Positions 1 to 10,726 of a stretch of 64,000 bases of DNA are shown here, in pieces. The notes beneath the pieces were generated by a model, which ran no database searches, was not told the origin of the DNA, and saw only the letters and a program-made list of their open reading frames with translations. This DNA comes from Spirochaetia bacterium (GTDB taxonomy: Bacteria > Spirochaetota > Spirochaetia > WTKD01 > G963693115): NCBI GenBank assembly GCA_965226065.1, contig OZ245332.1:585672-649671 (forward strand). Direction: 5' to 3'. The first letter of the stretch is position 1. Every line of letters starts with the position of its first letter. A program made the position numbers and the translations under genes.

Positions 1-1
1 A

Positions 2-169
2 ATTAAATATGTTTCCCAAACACAAACGTTACCACCTACATTTAAAGTACGTGTGAACAATAAAAAATTATTCCCCGAGTTTTATAGACTATATATTAAA
101 AATAAAATTCGTAAACAATATTTGTTTACTGAAATTCCTTTTCATGTACTTTTTGTTACAAACACATAA
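2..169 (+). CDS. der: Ribosome biogenesis GTPase Der/EngA, C-terminal KH-like domain (partial, begins before the window)
   Basis: Manual translation IKYVSQTQTLPPTFKVRVNNKKLFPEFYRLYIKNKIRKQYLFTEIPF..* resembles the Der C-terminal consensus (YxTQ...PPTF...Y.RYL.N.lR..f.f...P). Confidence 0.8.
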   Translation: MKYVSQTQTLPPTFKVRVNNKKLFPEFYRLYIKNKIRKQYLFTEIPFHVLFVTNT

Positions 170-201
170 CATATATATCGCCTATAGGCTACTATAAAAC
201 T

Positions 202-564
202 ATGCGTAAGTACACTATTACAGAAGTTTCAGAAATGATAGAAGTAAAAGCATATGTTATACGATATTGGGAAAAACAAAGTGGCTTGTTTTCTGCACAA
301 CGAAATGAAAGTGGAAAACGTCTCTATGAATGGAAAGACATACTCCTACTCAATCAATTTCAGTACTTGCGCGATAAAAAAAAATACGGAATAAAAAATG
401 CTACTATTGCTTTAGTGAAACTTTTTCAAAATAGTAACTATATTAAAAAACGCAGTATGTGTTTTTCAATTTTAAAAAACATGGACTCGCAACGAGATTT
501 ACTGCATCAGGCACACCACATTCTTTTAGATATTAAGATGCAACAAGAACATAACAAATTATAA
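202..564 (+). CDS. MerR-family HTH transcriptional regulator
   Basis: YTITEVSEMIEVKAYVIRYWE...RNESGKRLY is a typical MerR HTH. Confidence 0.85.
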   Translation: MRKYTITEVSEMIEVKAYVIRYWEKQSGLFSAQRNESGKRLYEWKDILLLNQFQYLRDKKKYGIKNATIALVKLFQNSNYIKKRSMCFSILKNMDSQRDLLHQAHHILLDIKMQQEHNKL

Positions 565-568
565 AGGC

Positions 569-1828
569 ATGGATAAAAAAAAAGTTTTCATATGTATCGG
601 TACGATATTTTCTCTGCTATTCATAACGCATCATATCGCAGCGCAAGTGGTATATTACACAGCTTCTTCAATAGAAATACGAGAATTTGTTGCAGAACAA
701 TTGAAAGATACACAAACTGCTCAATTGAATATTGAAGCTAATGCACAGAACAATCCACATATTTTTACGCAATCAAATGGCAGTCGGTTTTTAATTTATT
801 ACCACAGCGACACAAACCAAAAAAACTCTCACATCATCCGTATTATTCCTCATAGCACACCTACGATAGTAGAAAACTCTGATGTCCGCTACGGGACATG
901 GGACATCATGCTAGATGCAGATTATACACTACAAAAAATCGTGTATTATTTCCATAATAATGCAGAATATAATATAGCATTTTCTACACACAGAAACACA
1001 AGCTCCATTACCGTACACATAGAAAATAAAGAACACATTTCACATGTAATTACATCAATTGCTCTAATGACCTTGCTTCGAATGAAGTTTGACGATATTA
1101 TTCAAGCTACTGAAAAATACATAGTATGGCATAACATTTTACCCAGACAAAGAAATTTTAAGGCATATGAGCGTGCAAGACATTTCGCAATATACTTACA
1201 AGCACATACAAACAAAAATGCAACAGGCAATAATGCACTGCAAAAAACTACCATAAACACAACAGTAGAGCAAGTACAAAAACAACTGTATTTTGATACT
1301 AATAAAATGCTCACGTACATCGGCAAAAACAAAATAAATGAAACACAGTTTTTACCTACATACAATAATGGCATGAAATTTGGCATAAAAGATCCTACAT
1401 ATATACGTCGATATACCGAGAACATTTTTGCATTTTTGAAAACATTTCCTGAGTTTCATACGAAACGACAGCATATCCAATATCACAAAAAAGCATACGA
1501 ACATTATACTATCTATACACGTTTATACTTCTACTCACTTTCAAATCCTGAAATATTTTACCTCATCGCATCGGGCACAAACATAAAACCAAAACATAAA
1601 TCTCATCAGATTATTACGTACGACTCAGCTCAAATAGTAGTACCTTACTTTACCCCCTCAGGAAAATTTGACCTCTATACATACAACCGCAACGCATCTT
1701 TCTTAAAACATGCAGAAGACATATCAACGCACGAAGGTATAAAAAGCTTTGCTCAAAGCACTGCTTATAGACGCGTGATATTTTTCTCTCCGCTGCGTAT
1801 TCCAAATAAAAATAATTACATACAATAA
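569..1828 (+). CDS. Hypothetical exported protein
   Basis: 419-aa ORF with an N-terminal signal-peptide-like segment, tightly linked to flanking genes. Confidence 0.6.
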   Translation: MDKKKVFICIGTIFSLLFITHHIAAQVVYYTASSIEIREFVAEQLKDTQTAQLNIEANAQNNPHIFTQSNGSRFLIYYHSDTNQKNSHIIRIIPHSTPTIVENSDVRYGTWDIMLDADYTLQKIVYYFHNNAEYNIAFSTHRNTSSITVHIENKEHISHVITSIALMTLLRMKFDDIIQATEKYIVWHNILPRQRNFKAYERARHFAIYLQAHTNKNATGNNALQKTTINTTVEQVQKQLYFDTNKMLTYIGKNKINETQFLPTYNNGMKFGIKDPTYIRRYTENIFAFLKTFPEFHTKRQHIQYHKKAYEHYTIYTRLYFYSLSNPEIFYLIASGTNIKPKHKSHQIITYDSAQIVVPYFTPSGKFDLYTYNRNASFLKHAEDISTHEGIKSFAQSTAYRRVIFFSPLRIPNKNNYIQ

Positions 1829-1832
1829 TTTT

Positions 1833-2579
1833 ATGAAAAAAACACTGATTCATCGTAATAAGATACACATCCCCTTTCATGCAGAAGCAGTTATTTTCGA
1901 CATAGACGATACGCTTTATAGCAGCATGACGATGCTCTTAAAGCAACCTTTTCCATACATACGTTCATCACTTTGGCTTATGCGTTATAGAACCATGCGT
2001 ATATTACTACGTAAGCATTTACAAAAAAATTCTTTTTATACAGGAATAGAAAACAACACACTTCGACATAAGAGTGCACATATGTTTGCACACATTGCAA
2101 AATTAAGTGTTCGCGAAGCTGAAAGAGTACTTGAAAAGCACATTTATAAAATGTGGATACAAGCGCTACGTAACGTATCACTACGCTTTGGAATGAGATC
2201 CTTACTCGGTACCTTAGTGCGAAAAGGTGTGCCGCTCGGTGTGATATCAGATTTTAAAGCTGAAGAAAAACTAACACAGTGGAATATTACACGCTATTTT
2301 TCATCCATTATGTATTGTGAAGATTACGGAGTGCTGAAACCTGCGCCAGAAGTATTCGTACTCTGCTGTAAGAAGTTGCGCTGTAATCCTGAAAAAACAA
2401 TTTATGTTGGCAATAGCCTGCCATACGATGGAATAGGAGCTCAAAATGCAGCGTTAACGCCTGTACTCTTCCACCGTAAAAAAAATTACATAGAACGCAT
2501 GTATTCTATACCCGTAGTCAATTCGGTAAAGCAACTAAAGATGTTTTTACATCGCTATGGCTTACCTACCCTCTCTTAA
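1833..2579 (+). CDS. HAD-superfamily hydrolase
   Basis: Motif I FDIDDTL, KP motif (LKPAPEVF), YVGNS...D. Confidence 0.85.
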   Translation: MKKTLIHRNKIHIPFHAEAVIFDIDDTLYSSMTMLLKQPFPYIRSSLWLMRYRTMRILLRKHLQKNSFYTGIENNTLRHKSAHMFAHIAKLSVREAERVLEKHIYKMWIQALRNVSLRFGMRSLLGTLVRKGVPLGVISDFKAEEKLTQWNITRYFSSIMYCEDYGVLKPAPEVFVLCCKKLRCNPEKTIYVGNSLPYDGIGAQNAALTPVLFHRKKNYIERMYSIPVVNSVKQLKMFLHRYGLPTLS

Positions 2580-2665
2580 GAAATATCACACGATAGTGTA
2601 TCACAGCGTTACAAAAAGTTACGCATTACTATATACATTTCAGACTCTGTTTTATAATAATAAAG

Positions 2666-3565
2666 ATGCAAGAAAATTCTAAAAAAATATTAAACGGAAC
2701 ATTGGTCGCAGAAAGTGTGTTAAAGACTGTAGAAAAAGACATACAAAATCTCAAAACACGGGGAATAATACCAACGCTGCGCGTAATACTTGTCGGTAAT
2801 GATCCCGCAAGCACAATCTACACAAAACGCAAAGCAAAAAAATGCGAAGAATTATGCATGGATGGTTCTCTTATCACTTTTCCAGAAACAGTATCTACAG
2901 AGCAACTCTGTACTGAAATACAAACACTTAACGATGATGCAAGTGTCCACGGAATTTTGGTACAGTTGCCACTACCACCACAGGTGAATACCGAAAAAGT
3001 GCTGCATCTCATATCACCGAAAAAAGATGTAGACGGATTTCATATGGTCAATGTAGGTAAATTACAAAAAATGCATGATGACACACACATACCATGTACG
3101 GCACAAGGCATTTGGAAAATGTTACAATTTTACAACATTGCCACACGTGGCGCGCATGTGGTGATAGTAGGACGTAGCGAAATAGTAGGTCGTCCCATAT
3201 CCGTTTTACTCTCTTTGAAGCATGAATACGGCAATGCAACAGTAACCCTCTGTCATTCTGCGACAAAAGATATAGCATTTCACACAAAACAAGCAGACAT
3301 ACTGATTGCCGCCATAGGCAAGCCTCATTTCATCAGTAAAGAAATGCTTAAAAAAGATGCAGTTGTAATAGACGTAGGTATAAATCGCATAGATGACAAA
3401 CATGCAAAAAAAGGCTACAAAATTGTCGGTGATGTCAATTTTGATGATGTGTATGAAACCGTACGTGCCATTACTCCCGTACCGGGTGGCATAGGCCCTA
3501 TGACTATTGCAATGCTCATGAAAAATACTGTCAATGCGGCATGTATACAATCAAACATGCAATAA
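2666..3565 (+). CDS. folD: Methylenetetrahydrofolate dehydrogenase/cyclohydrolase
   Basis: VGNDPAS, HGILVQLPLP, KDVDGFH, GRSEIVGRP, ITPVPGGIGPMT motifs. Confidence 0.97.
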   Translation: MQENSKKILNGTLVAESVLKTVEKDIQNLKTRGIIPTLRVILVGNDPASTIYTKRKAKKCEELCMDGSLITFPETVSTEQLCTEIQTLNDDASVHGILVQLPLPPQVNTEKVLHLISPKKDVDGFHMVNVGKLQKMHDDTHIPCTAQGIWKMLQFYNIATRGAHVVIVGRSEIVGRPISVLLSLKHEYGNATVTLCHSATKDIAFHTKQADILIAAIGKPHFISKEMLKKDAVVIDVGINRIDDKHAKKGYKIVGDVNFDDVYETVRAITPVPGGIGPMTIAMLMKNTVNAACIQSNMQ

Positions 3566-3625
3566 ACAAAAATCAGCGTATATTTTCATAGTAAGTATTT
3601 TAAATTGATACTATCATATAAAGAT

Positions 3626-3967
3626 ATGGCAAAATTTATTAGTACTATCGTGATATCTATTATCGTGATAGTCATAACTATCATAAATTATGATAATAAA
3701 ATAGATTTTTCTCTTATTGTATATACCTTTAAAGATTTATCAGGAATTTTATTATTGTATATTGGAATTCTCATAGGAGTTGCAATAACACTTCCCATGA
3801 TTGCTTCGCATTCTAAAAAGTATGCAAAAAAAGTTTTTAGTAAAAGTATTACACAAGAAAACAAGCGATTAAAAAAAGAAGAAAAGCGACTTAAAAAAGA
3901 GAAGAAAGAACAAAAAAAACAAAGAAAAAATTCTCCTGTTATTACTTCCAATACCACCAAATTATGA
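3626..3967 (+). CDS. Small membrane protein (two TM helices plus Lys-rich tail; LapA/DUF1049-like architecture)
   Basis: Hydropathy pattern; ATG at 3626 preferred over TTG 3605. Confidence 0.5.
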   Translation: MAKFISTIVISIIVIVITIINYDNKIDFSLIVYTFKDLSGILLLYIGILIGVAITLPMIASHSKKYAKKVFSKSITQENKRLKKEEKRLKKEKKEQKKQRKNSPVITSNTTKL

Positions 3968-5085
3968 ATTTTTTTCGGTGTATTTTTGCAGTTTTTCTCA
4001 TAAGTATATGTTATTTTTATACAGTTTCAATAACCCATGCTCAAAGCAAACTTGACACTCGTGCATGGATAGCCTCAAATAAAAAGGCTTCCTCAAAAGA
4101 AATAGATACCTTTTTAAAAGAAGAGTTTTTAAAAAAAGTTGAAAATTTAAAAGAAGCATATGCTTCATTGGACGCTATTATACAAGCATACGATGTATCG
4201 GTTATACCACCTTCAACCTATACTATTTATGCACATTTTGCACAATTAAGTTTTGATTTTACAAAAGCATTGAATATGCACCTTCGTGCATATAACTATA
4301 CGAAACAAGAAAAGCATCTCATACACGCAAGCATTCATGCACTAGAATCAGGAGACCTGAAGAGTGCATTTTCATATTTAGAACAAGCTGAAAAAATGAC
4401 TTTATCAGATGAACAGCGTATATTTCTCAAAATTACGCAAGCAAAAGTTCTCATACAAGATGGACTAGCAGACATCGCACTTGCTTCATTGCAAACACTG
4501 CCATTTATCATTGGGCAAGAAAAACTTACTAGTAACTTCTACTATACGTTGTACCATACTGCAAAAAGAAATGGAAAGAAACTTGAAGCAAACCTTGCGC
4601 ATCAAGCACTTACAGAACAATTTCCATATTCTATTGAAGTGTATATGCTCAATTCCTTATATGTACAACCACTTCCTTTGCCATCCCAAATTTTCACTTT
4701 ACACTCAAAAATCATACATGATAATGATACCGCTGATATCAAATCTCAAAATCACTCTTTAAAACTCAAACCAACTCATTCTGTATCATTAACACAAAAT
4801 AGAGAAATACAAAATATGCCTCAATCGGGCTATCAAGTCGCAGCCTTTACCGATATTGCCAATGCACACACCGCGTTTGAATACTATTACAACATATGGA
4901 GTTCTTTTAATTCAGATACTATCAAAGCGCCTATTATCACAAAAAAAAATGTATCGGGATTGCGCTTTTATCAAATAATTTTTCCTTTTGATGATGCAAT
5001 AGTACATGACTCAGATGCACAACACAAATTGTTAAAAAAACTACGAGAATATAACATTGAAGGAGGGTTTATAATAACTCAATAG
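3964..5085 (+). CDS. Exported TPR-like protein with probable C-terminal SPOR domain
   Basis: Signal peptide, helical repeats, C-terminal GYQVAAFTDIANA resembling the SPOR start motif (YxVQvGAF...NA). Confidence 0.6.
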   Translation: MNFFRCIFAVFLISICYFYTVSITHAQSKLDTRAWIASNKKASSKEIDTFLKEEFLKKVENLKEAYASLDAIIQAYDVSVIPPSTYTIYAHFAQLSFDFTKALNMHLRAYNYTKQEKHLIHASIHALESGDLKSAFSYLEQAEKMTLSDEQRIFLKITQAKVLIQDGLADIALASLQTLPFIIGQEKLTSNFYYTLYHTAKRNGKKLEANLAHQALTEQFPYSIEVYMLNSLYVQPLPLPSQIFTLHSKIIHDNDTADIKSQNHSLKLKPTHSVSLTQNREIQNMPQSGYQVAAFTDIANAHTAFEYYYNIWSSFNSDTIKAPIITKKNVSGLRFYQIIFPFDDAIVHDSDAQHKLLKKLREYNIEGGFIITQ

Positions 5086-5089
5086 TTCG

Positions 5090-6655
5090 CTAATCAATGG
5101 GAACTAATTGTAGCATTTCTTCGGTGGCATTGTTATATATGTTTTGAAAAGATATATGCACCGGTTTCAGTAATATGTTTCCATCAATAATTTCTATAAA
5201 GTAGAACATCGGTTCTTCATAAAGGTTGGAAATATTTTTTATTTGTAAGATTTTTTTAGAATATACATTGAAAGTTGCAAAATAAAATTCTTCTTTTTCC
5301 TTTACTTGTGAGGAGATTACTTGGAGCTTTGGGTAATGAAAAATATATAAGGTATTATCTTGCGTATCCTTGAACGAGCCATATAAATGTATAGACGCAT
5401 GTGCACCTTTTCTATTGATAAATTTCTCTAATTTTTCATTTGCTAAACGTAGAGATGATGTATCTTGTACTATAAGTTCTGAAAAGTCATGTACTGCAGT
5501 ATATCTTCCGCTATGTTGAGATCCGGTAATATCATCGCCTAAATATACATCAATATTTTTATCATCAATAATACGTATACTTATCCACTTTTTTACGTTT
5601 GAAAGAACCATGTTTCGAACGTAAATTTGTGCACTTAAGCCCGAAGTATCTATTGCTCGTACCGTTCTTACCCATTGCATAACTTGCAATTTCTTGTCAG
5701 TGTATATACTCACATGTGGCAAAATATTTGAAAAATACAGCAACACAGGGTATTCATTATTTTCAGTTCGTCTCCATATTCCATGCAAGTATTCTTGCCA
5801 TTGACTTGTGCCTCCATAATATAAAGAGTCAATTTTCTTTTGTACGATATTAGCACGGTTAAATACAACACTTTTATGATAAATGTAGGTATTTTTATGA
5901 ACATCCCAATGATAAAACGATTTTACAATATCTCTTGTCTCTTCGTTAATGTTATACAAAATAATAGGTAATGCTTTTCCATAATGCAATATTTCAGTAG
6001 CTTGATCTTGTGAAACATTCTCAATATCTATATCACTATTAGTAGCATTTTCAAAAATTTTCTGATACTTTGTAATATCATACCGCTTTGTCTTTGGTAT
6101 GTGAAATACTTCTATTGACTGCAAATACTTGTCATCTTTTTTTACTGAACCGCGTATTACAATTTCTTTTCGAGAATCTCCAGTAATATCTCGTATAGAC
6201 AAAGACAGTGATTTTTCGCTAACTACATTGGTAGAAGATTGCCAAACAAAACGATATGCATTAATATCATCGTCAAAGCTCGCAATAAATACATACACCG
6301 TATCGACAGAATATGTCGTGTACAATACAATGTCTTCATCTAAACCATCTCCGCTCAAGTCTTCTTTTACATAATCTAATATGATGTAATCTTGGGGAAC
6401 AAAAGATCTAATGCTTCTTTGCTCGACAGTCTTTGTATCGATATTATCCGCTACTCCTGATGCAGACTCTAGTACAATTGCTTCTGTCCCTTTTGGAATA
6501 ATTTGCTTGTATACCTTATTATCCGATTGTGCATCATTGCAAGAGCTTAAGAAAGCTATAAAATATATACAAGTATAAATAAAAAATGAAGTATTACGAA
6601 TACAGTGTCTGCACATGAGTATTAACTGCTGAAACACAAAAGTACAATACACCAA
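5090..6655 (-). CDS. Lipoprotein, probable pallilysin-related adhesin
   Basis: Lipobox FLSSC; DLSGDGLDE and DITGDSRKEIV segments resemble spirochaete pallilysin (Tp0751)-related proteins (from memory, not searched). Confidence 0.5.
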   Translation of the reverse strand: MVYCTFVFQQLILMCRHCIRNTSFFIYTCIYFIAFLSSCNDAQSDNKVYKQIIPKGTEAIVLESASGVADNIDTKTVEQRSIRSFVPQDYIILDYVKEDLSGDGLDEDIVLYTTYSVDTVYVFIASFDDDINAYRFVWQSSTNVVSEKSLSLSIRDITGDSRKEIVIRGSVKKDDKYLQSIEVFHIPKTKRYDITKYQKIFENATNSDIDIENVSQDQATEILHYGKALPIILYNINEETRDIVKSFYHWDVHKNTYIYHKSVVFNRANIVQKKIDSLYYGGTSQWQEYLHGIWRRTENNEYPVLLYFSNILPHVSIYTDKKLQVMQWVRTVRAIDTSGLSAQIYVRNMVLSNVKKWISIRIIDDKNIDVYLGDDITGSQHSGRYTAVHDFSELIVQDTSSLRLANEKLEKFINRKGAHASIHLYGSFKDTQDNTLYIFHYPKLQVISSQVKEKEEFYFATFNVYSKKILQIKNISNLYEEPMFYFIEIIDGNILLKPVHISFQNIYNNATEEMLQLVPID

Positions 6656-6677
6656 TAATTACACTTTCTTTAAATTC

Positions 6678-8069
6678 TTAGAGAATGTTGCTTCTAAAAA
6701 CAAACATTTTCTCACGAGACATTTCATGCATGCTATGCGGTATACCACCGAGTCCAAGTCCCGATTCATCGCGCCCGCCAAAAGGCATCCAATCTGCTCT
6801 AAACGCGGTATGGTCATTTATCATGACTGCGGTAGCATTGATGAATGTCGCACATGATAATGCTCTATCTATGTCTTTTGTATATAAAGATGCCTGAAAT
6901 CCATAGGGTAAATCATTAATTCTCTGAAGTACTGAATCGATATCATCGTATTCATAAACACATACGACAGGACCAAATACTTCGTGAGAACTTACTTGTG
7001 CATCTTTCGCAGGATTAAACAACACGGTAGGCTTATAGCATGTCTGTGAATACTTCTCACCTCCACATAATAATTCTCCTCCGGAATTTATTGCTTCTTG
7101 TACCCACTGATGAACGCGATCGTGTTCTGATTCTGTTATGATAGGACCGACTTCAGTCTTTGGATCCAACGGATCGCCAACAATTAAATCTTGCGCTTTG
7201 CCCGCTATTTTTTGTGCTACATCTCGTGCTATAGAACGTGGCGCATACACGCATTGTACAGAAACACACACCTGTCCTGCATGATAAAATCCACCTTTAA
7301 CAAGTTGAGGTATCATAGCATCAACATCTGCATCATCAAAAACAACAACAGGTGCAACTCCCCCGTGCTCAAGTCCGCAACGCGTGCCCGCTGCTATTTG
7401 GGTTCTCAGTTTCCAGCCAACTTCACCCGAACCGATAAACGATACATAATTTACACGCTTATCTGAAATAAGTGCGCCTGCAGCATCTCTACTACATGCG
7501 TGAGCTACTCCTAATTCTTCGGGGAGTCCTGCATCTTTGAAAATATCCATTACTTTTAAACACGAAAGCGGAGTAGTTGATGCAGGCTTTATTACAAATG
7601 GAGCACCAACTGCTATTGCAGGCGCACTCTGGTGCACTATAAGATTTACAGGATGATTAAACGCGCTTACAGATGCGACAACTCCTATGGGCTCTCGCTG
7701 TGTAAATGCAAGTCTTCCGTCTGTAGCTTTTGTAAGCCCCATAGGCACTTGCTCACCATGAAACCCTGTAAGACACTGCGCAGCGAGTTGAAGACCATGA
7801 ATAGCTCGCAACACTTCTATTTTTGAATCCGTATAAGGTTTTCCACCCTCAGCTGCTGCCGTCTTGATAATATCTTCCATTCTCTCTTTCATCAAGAGAG
7901 CACTTTTCTCTAATATTTCTATACGTTTGTAAGTAGGTAGCCATGTCTTTCTATTTCTGAAGTAAGTATAAGCCTTTGCAACTGCTTCGCTAATAACCTT
8001 AACATCGGCTCTTGGTACTTCGCCGATTATACTTCCATCATAAGGCGAACGCACTTCTAATTTTTCCAT
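6678..8069 (-). CDS. NAD(P)-dependent aldehyde dehydrogenase
   Basis: FNHP, FIGS, LEHGG (catalytic Glu), AGQVCVS (catalytic Cys), EVFGPV. Confidence 0.93.
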   Translation of the reverse strand: MEKLEVRSPYDGSIIGEVPRADVKVISEAVAKAYTYFRNRKTWLPTYKRIEILEKSALLMKERMEDIIKTAAAEGGKPYTDSKIEVLRAIHGLQLAAQCLTGFHGEQVPMGLTKATDGRLAFTQREPIGVVASVSAFNHPVNLIVHQSAPAIAVGAPFVIKPASTTPLSCLKVMDIFKDAGLPEELGVAHACSRDAAGALISDKRVNYVSFIGSGEVGWKLRTQIAAGTRCGLEHGGVAPVVVFDDADVDAMIPQLVKGGFYHAGQVCVSVQCVYAPRSIARDVAQKIAGKAQDLIVGDPLDPKTEVGPIITESEHDRVHQWVQEAINSGGELLCGGEKYSQTCYKPTVLFNPAKDAQVSSHEVFGPVVCVYEYDDIDSVLQRINDLPYGFQASLYTKDIDRALSCATFINATAVMINDHTAFRADWMPFGGRDESGLGLGGIPHSMHEMSREKMFVFRSNIL

Positions 8070-8096
8070 AAACCCTCCAATATATAAGCTATTTTT

Positions 8097-9764
8097 TTAT
8101 ATTTTTTCTAGCGTTGAATTGAGTTTTTTCAAAGTCACATTGAGCACTTCATGATTGACAGAATAATCTACCGAAAGATCTATAAGCGATATTCCCTGAT
8201 ATACTATTGCTTCCGCAAGCATAGAAGCAAATTCTTCATCACTTTGTGGTCGAAATCCCTTGCCTCCATAACTCTCTATATACTTCACAAAATCAGGATT
8301 ACCATAATTTAAGCCAAAATCCTTAAACCCCATTCCTTTTTGTTTCCATTGAATCATTCCATATGCGTTATCATTGAGTATTACTATGGTAAGACTAATT
8401 CCTAAACGATGTGCTGTTTCAATCTCTTGTGAATTCATCATGAAACCACCATCGCCACACACGGTTACAACTTCTTTTTCAGGGTTTACCAGCTTCACAG
8501 CAATAGCTGAGGCAAGTCCAACACCCATAGAAGCAAGGGCATTGTCTAAAAGCAAGGTATTATGTTTATATGTCGTATAATTACGAGCAAACCATATTTT
8601 ATAAATTCCATTATCAAGTGTTACAATACCATCTTCAGGCATCACATCTCTCATAATTTTTACCACACGCTGCGGCAAAGTTGGAAATCGCGTATCACTG
8701 GCATATTGTTCAGTGTGTTCAAGTACTTTGTTTTTCACGTCATAATATTTAACAAAATCCCACTGGGATTGTTTGCCCACCATCGTTCCTAACTGTATCA
8801 TCGATTCTTTAATATCGCCCACGACATTTAATTGTGGAAAATATATTTTATCTATAACTGCTTCTGAAAAACTTACGTGAATAATTTTACGTCCGTGATA
8901 TTTTCCATATTCCATGAGGAACGGTGGTTTTTCTACCACATGATGTCCCACGTTAATAATAACATCTGATTTTTTGATAAGATTATGCAAGAAATCTTCG
9001 TCAGAAAGTGCCGCCGTACCTAAGTAGCAAGGATGCCGTTCATCGACTACGCCATTGCCCATTTGCGTACAAATAAATGGAATACCTGTTTTTTCTATAA
9101 ATTGTAAAATACCATCAGGCGCACCGTGTCTATTAGAGCCCTCGCCTATTATAACAAGCGGAGTCTTTGCACCTCGTATCATTTGCGCAGCCTTGTCAAG
9201 CGACTTTTCGCTCGCAACAGGTATATCATTTTCAACAAAAGGAAATATATATGATGAATCCTCACTGACATCCTCTGATGCAATATCTTCAGGAAGTTCT
9301 ATATGAACAGGTCCGGGACGCTCCGATTCGGCAAGCCGAAATGATTCTCGTATAGTCGATGATATACGCACTCCATCTACAATTTGTTGTGTTTTTTTTG
9401 TAATGGGTCGCATCATATTTACAACATTGATTATTTGAAAAAGTCCTTGCTTACTCTTGCGTATTGGTTTCTGTCCCGAAATAACGAGCATAGGCATACC
9501 ACCGAGATAGGCATATGCTACTGCGGTAATAAAATTAGTAGCACCCGGTCCGAGCGTAGAAAGACAGACTCCTGTTCTGCCTGTAAGTCTTCCGTAAGTC
9601 GCTGCCATAAAGCCGGCAGTCTGTTCATGTCGTGTTAATATAAATTTGATGCGTGATGTTCTAATTGATTCAAGAAGATCAAGATTCTCTTCACCGGGAA
9701 CACCAAAAATATACTCGACCCCTTCATTCTCAAGGGCACTTACAAAAATGTCAGATGCTTTCAT
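8097..9764 (-). CDS. ThDP-dependent enzyme of the acetolactate synthase large subunit-like family (possible 2-oxoacid decarboxylase)
   Basis: FGVPGEEN, RHEQ, GPGATN, GDGGFMM...NDNAYG ThDP-binding motif. Confidence 0.9.
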   Translation of the reverse strand: MKASDIFVSALENEGVEYIFGVPGEENLDLLESIRTSRIKFILTRHEQTAGFMAATYGRLTGRTGVCLSTLGPGATNFITAVAYAYLGGMPMLVISGQKPIRKSKQGLFQIINVVNMMRPITKKTQQIVDGVRISSTIRESFRLAESERPGPVHIELPEDIASEDVSEDSSYIFPFVENDIPVASEKSLDKAAQMIRGAKTPLVIIGEGSNRHGAPDGILQFIEKTGIPFICTQMGNGVVDERHPCYLGTAALSDEDFLHNLIKKSDVIINVGHHVVEKPPFLMEYGKYHGRKIIHVSFSEAVIDKIYFPQLNVVGDIKESMIQLGTMVGKQSQWDFVKYYDVKNKVLEHTEQYASDTRFPTLPQRVVKIMRDVMPEDGIVTLDNGIYKIWFARNYTTYKHNTLLLDNALASMGVGLASAIAVKLVNPEKEVVTVCGDGGFMMNSQEIETAHRLGISLTIVILNDNAYGMIQWKQKGMGFKDFGLNYGNPDFVKYIESYGGKGFRPQSDEEFASMLAEAIVYQGISLIDLSVDYSVNHEVLNVTLKKLNSTLEKI

Positions 9765-10094
9765 AGAAACTCCTTATGATTATCTTCTTACTTCAACACT
9801 TATGCTTGTACATAACGTAAATACGATTATGAAGAATTAAACAATATATTATTAACACTATCACTATCCTCAATACAAGTAAAGATATAGGAATTATAAT
9901 CCACGTATTTACGAAAAATTTTATTCTTTCCTTAACTTGTTTTACGTGTGGAAGTATTTTGTTATTGTCCTAACATAAGTTCTATTTTCATATCAACACG
10001 ACATGGATTTATTTCAGAAAGCAAGCTCTCTGTATTCAAAAGCTCTAAGATACAAGGAGGCTAGAGTAACAGTAGTCATATGATAATAAAATGA

Positions 10095-10448
10095 TTATTT
10101 AAATCTCTCTTCACACTTTCTATAGTCTTCGTCTCTTTTTTTCTTTAGCTTTTCCTTATCATTTTCATAAGTGCTTTTTATAGTTGCTTGGGTATTTGAT
10201 TTCGTTATTATTTTCATAGGTGTAGTTACTTTTTCGCTTTGTTTCTGTAGTGCGTCTAAAACTTTTATTACGTTATCATATATTTCTTTTATATCTTCTT
10301 TGCAAAGTACAATTTTTTTATTCTTATCTGTGTTGTCCTTTGTTTTTTTAGTAGCCTCTTTTATTGCATCCGCTGCTTTCTTCTCTGCGCAAGAAAAGAA
10401 TAAAAATGTAAAGGTTATAAGGGTTATATATGGTTTCTTTTGTATCAT
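10095..10448 (-). CDS. Small helical lipoprotein, family A (only intact copy)
   Basis: AGGAG RBS, lipobox FFSC; paralogous to 11647..11865 and 12795..13054. Confidence 0.75.
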   Translation of the reverse strand: MIQKKPYITLITFTFLFFSCAEKKAADAIKEATKKTKDNTDKNKKIVLCKEDIKEIYDNVIKVLDALQKQSEKVTTPMKIITKSNTQATIKSTYENDKEKLKKKRDEDYRKCEERFK

Positions 10449-10463
10449 GAATTACTCCTTAAT

Positions 10464-10679
10464 TTACGTAAATGTTTTTATAATAGACACTTTTGATATA
10501 TTTCCAAGTATTGTTGTATAGATAAGTATCGGCGTGGGTGGCTTTGGTTTTGTAACTGGGTCTACTGCTGGTTTTTTACAGCCCTTTAGATTGCGTCCTT
10601 CGCTTTCTCCCCTTCACAACTTGCAAATACAAATAGTGTCAGGAACTTTAGTCCCGCACCTAAAAGTGCTATTATTCAT
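10464..10679 (-). pseudogene. Degenerate lipoprotein gene remnant
   Basis: Same RBS/start context as 12776 (AAGGAGAAGATATTATGAA). The frame shifts right after the ATG to IIALLGAGLKFLTLFVFASCEGEKAKDAI*, compare ISCDDKKAKDAI in the 12776 gene. Confidence 0.6.
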
Positions 10680-10726
10680 AATATCTTCTCCTTGTGTTGT
10701 GATTTTTTCGATGTTTTTTATTTAGC

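Noticed and set aside
9968..9995. dif/pdif-like site (TTATGTTA on the minus strand)
   Set aside because: Only a partial XerD-like arm with a poor XerC arm; expected by chance in AT-rich DNA.
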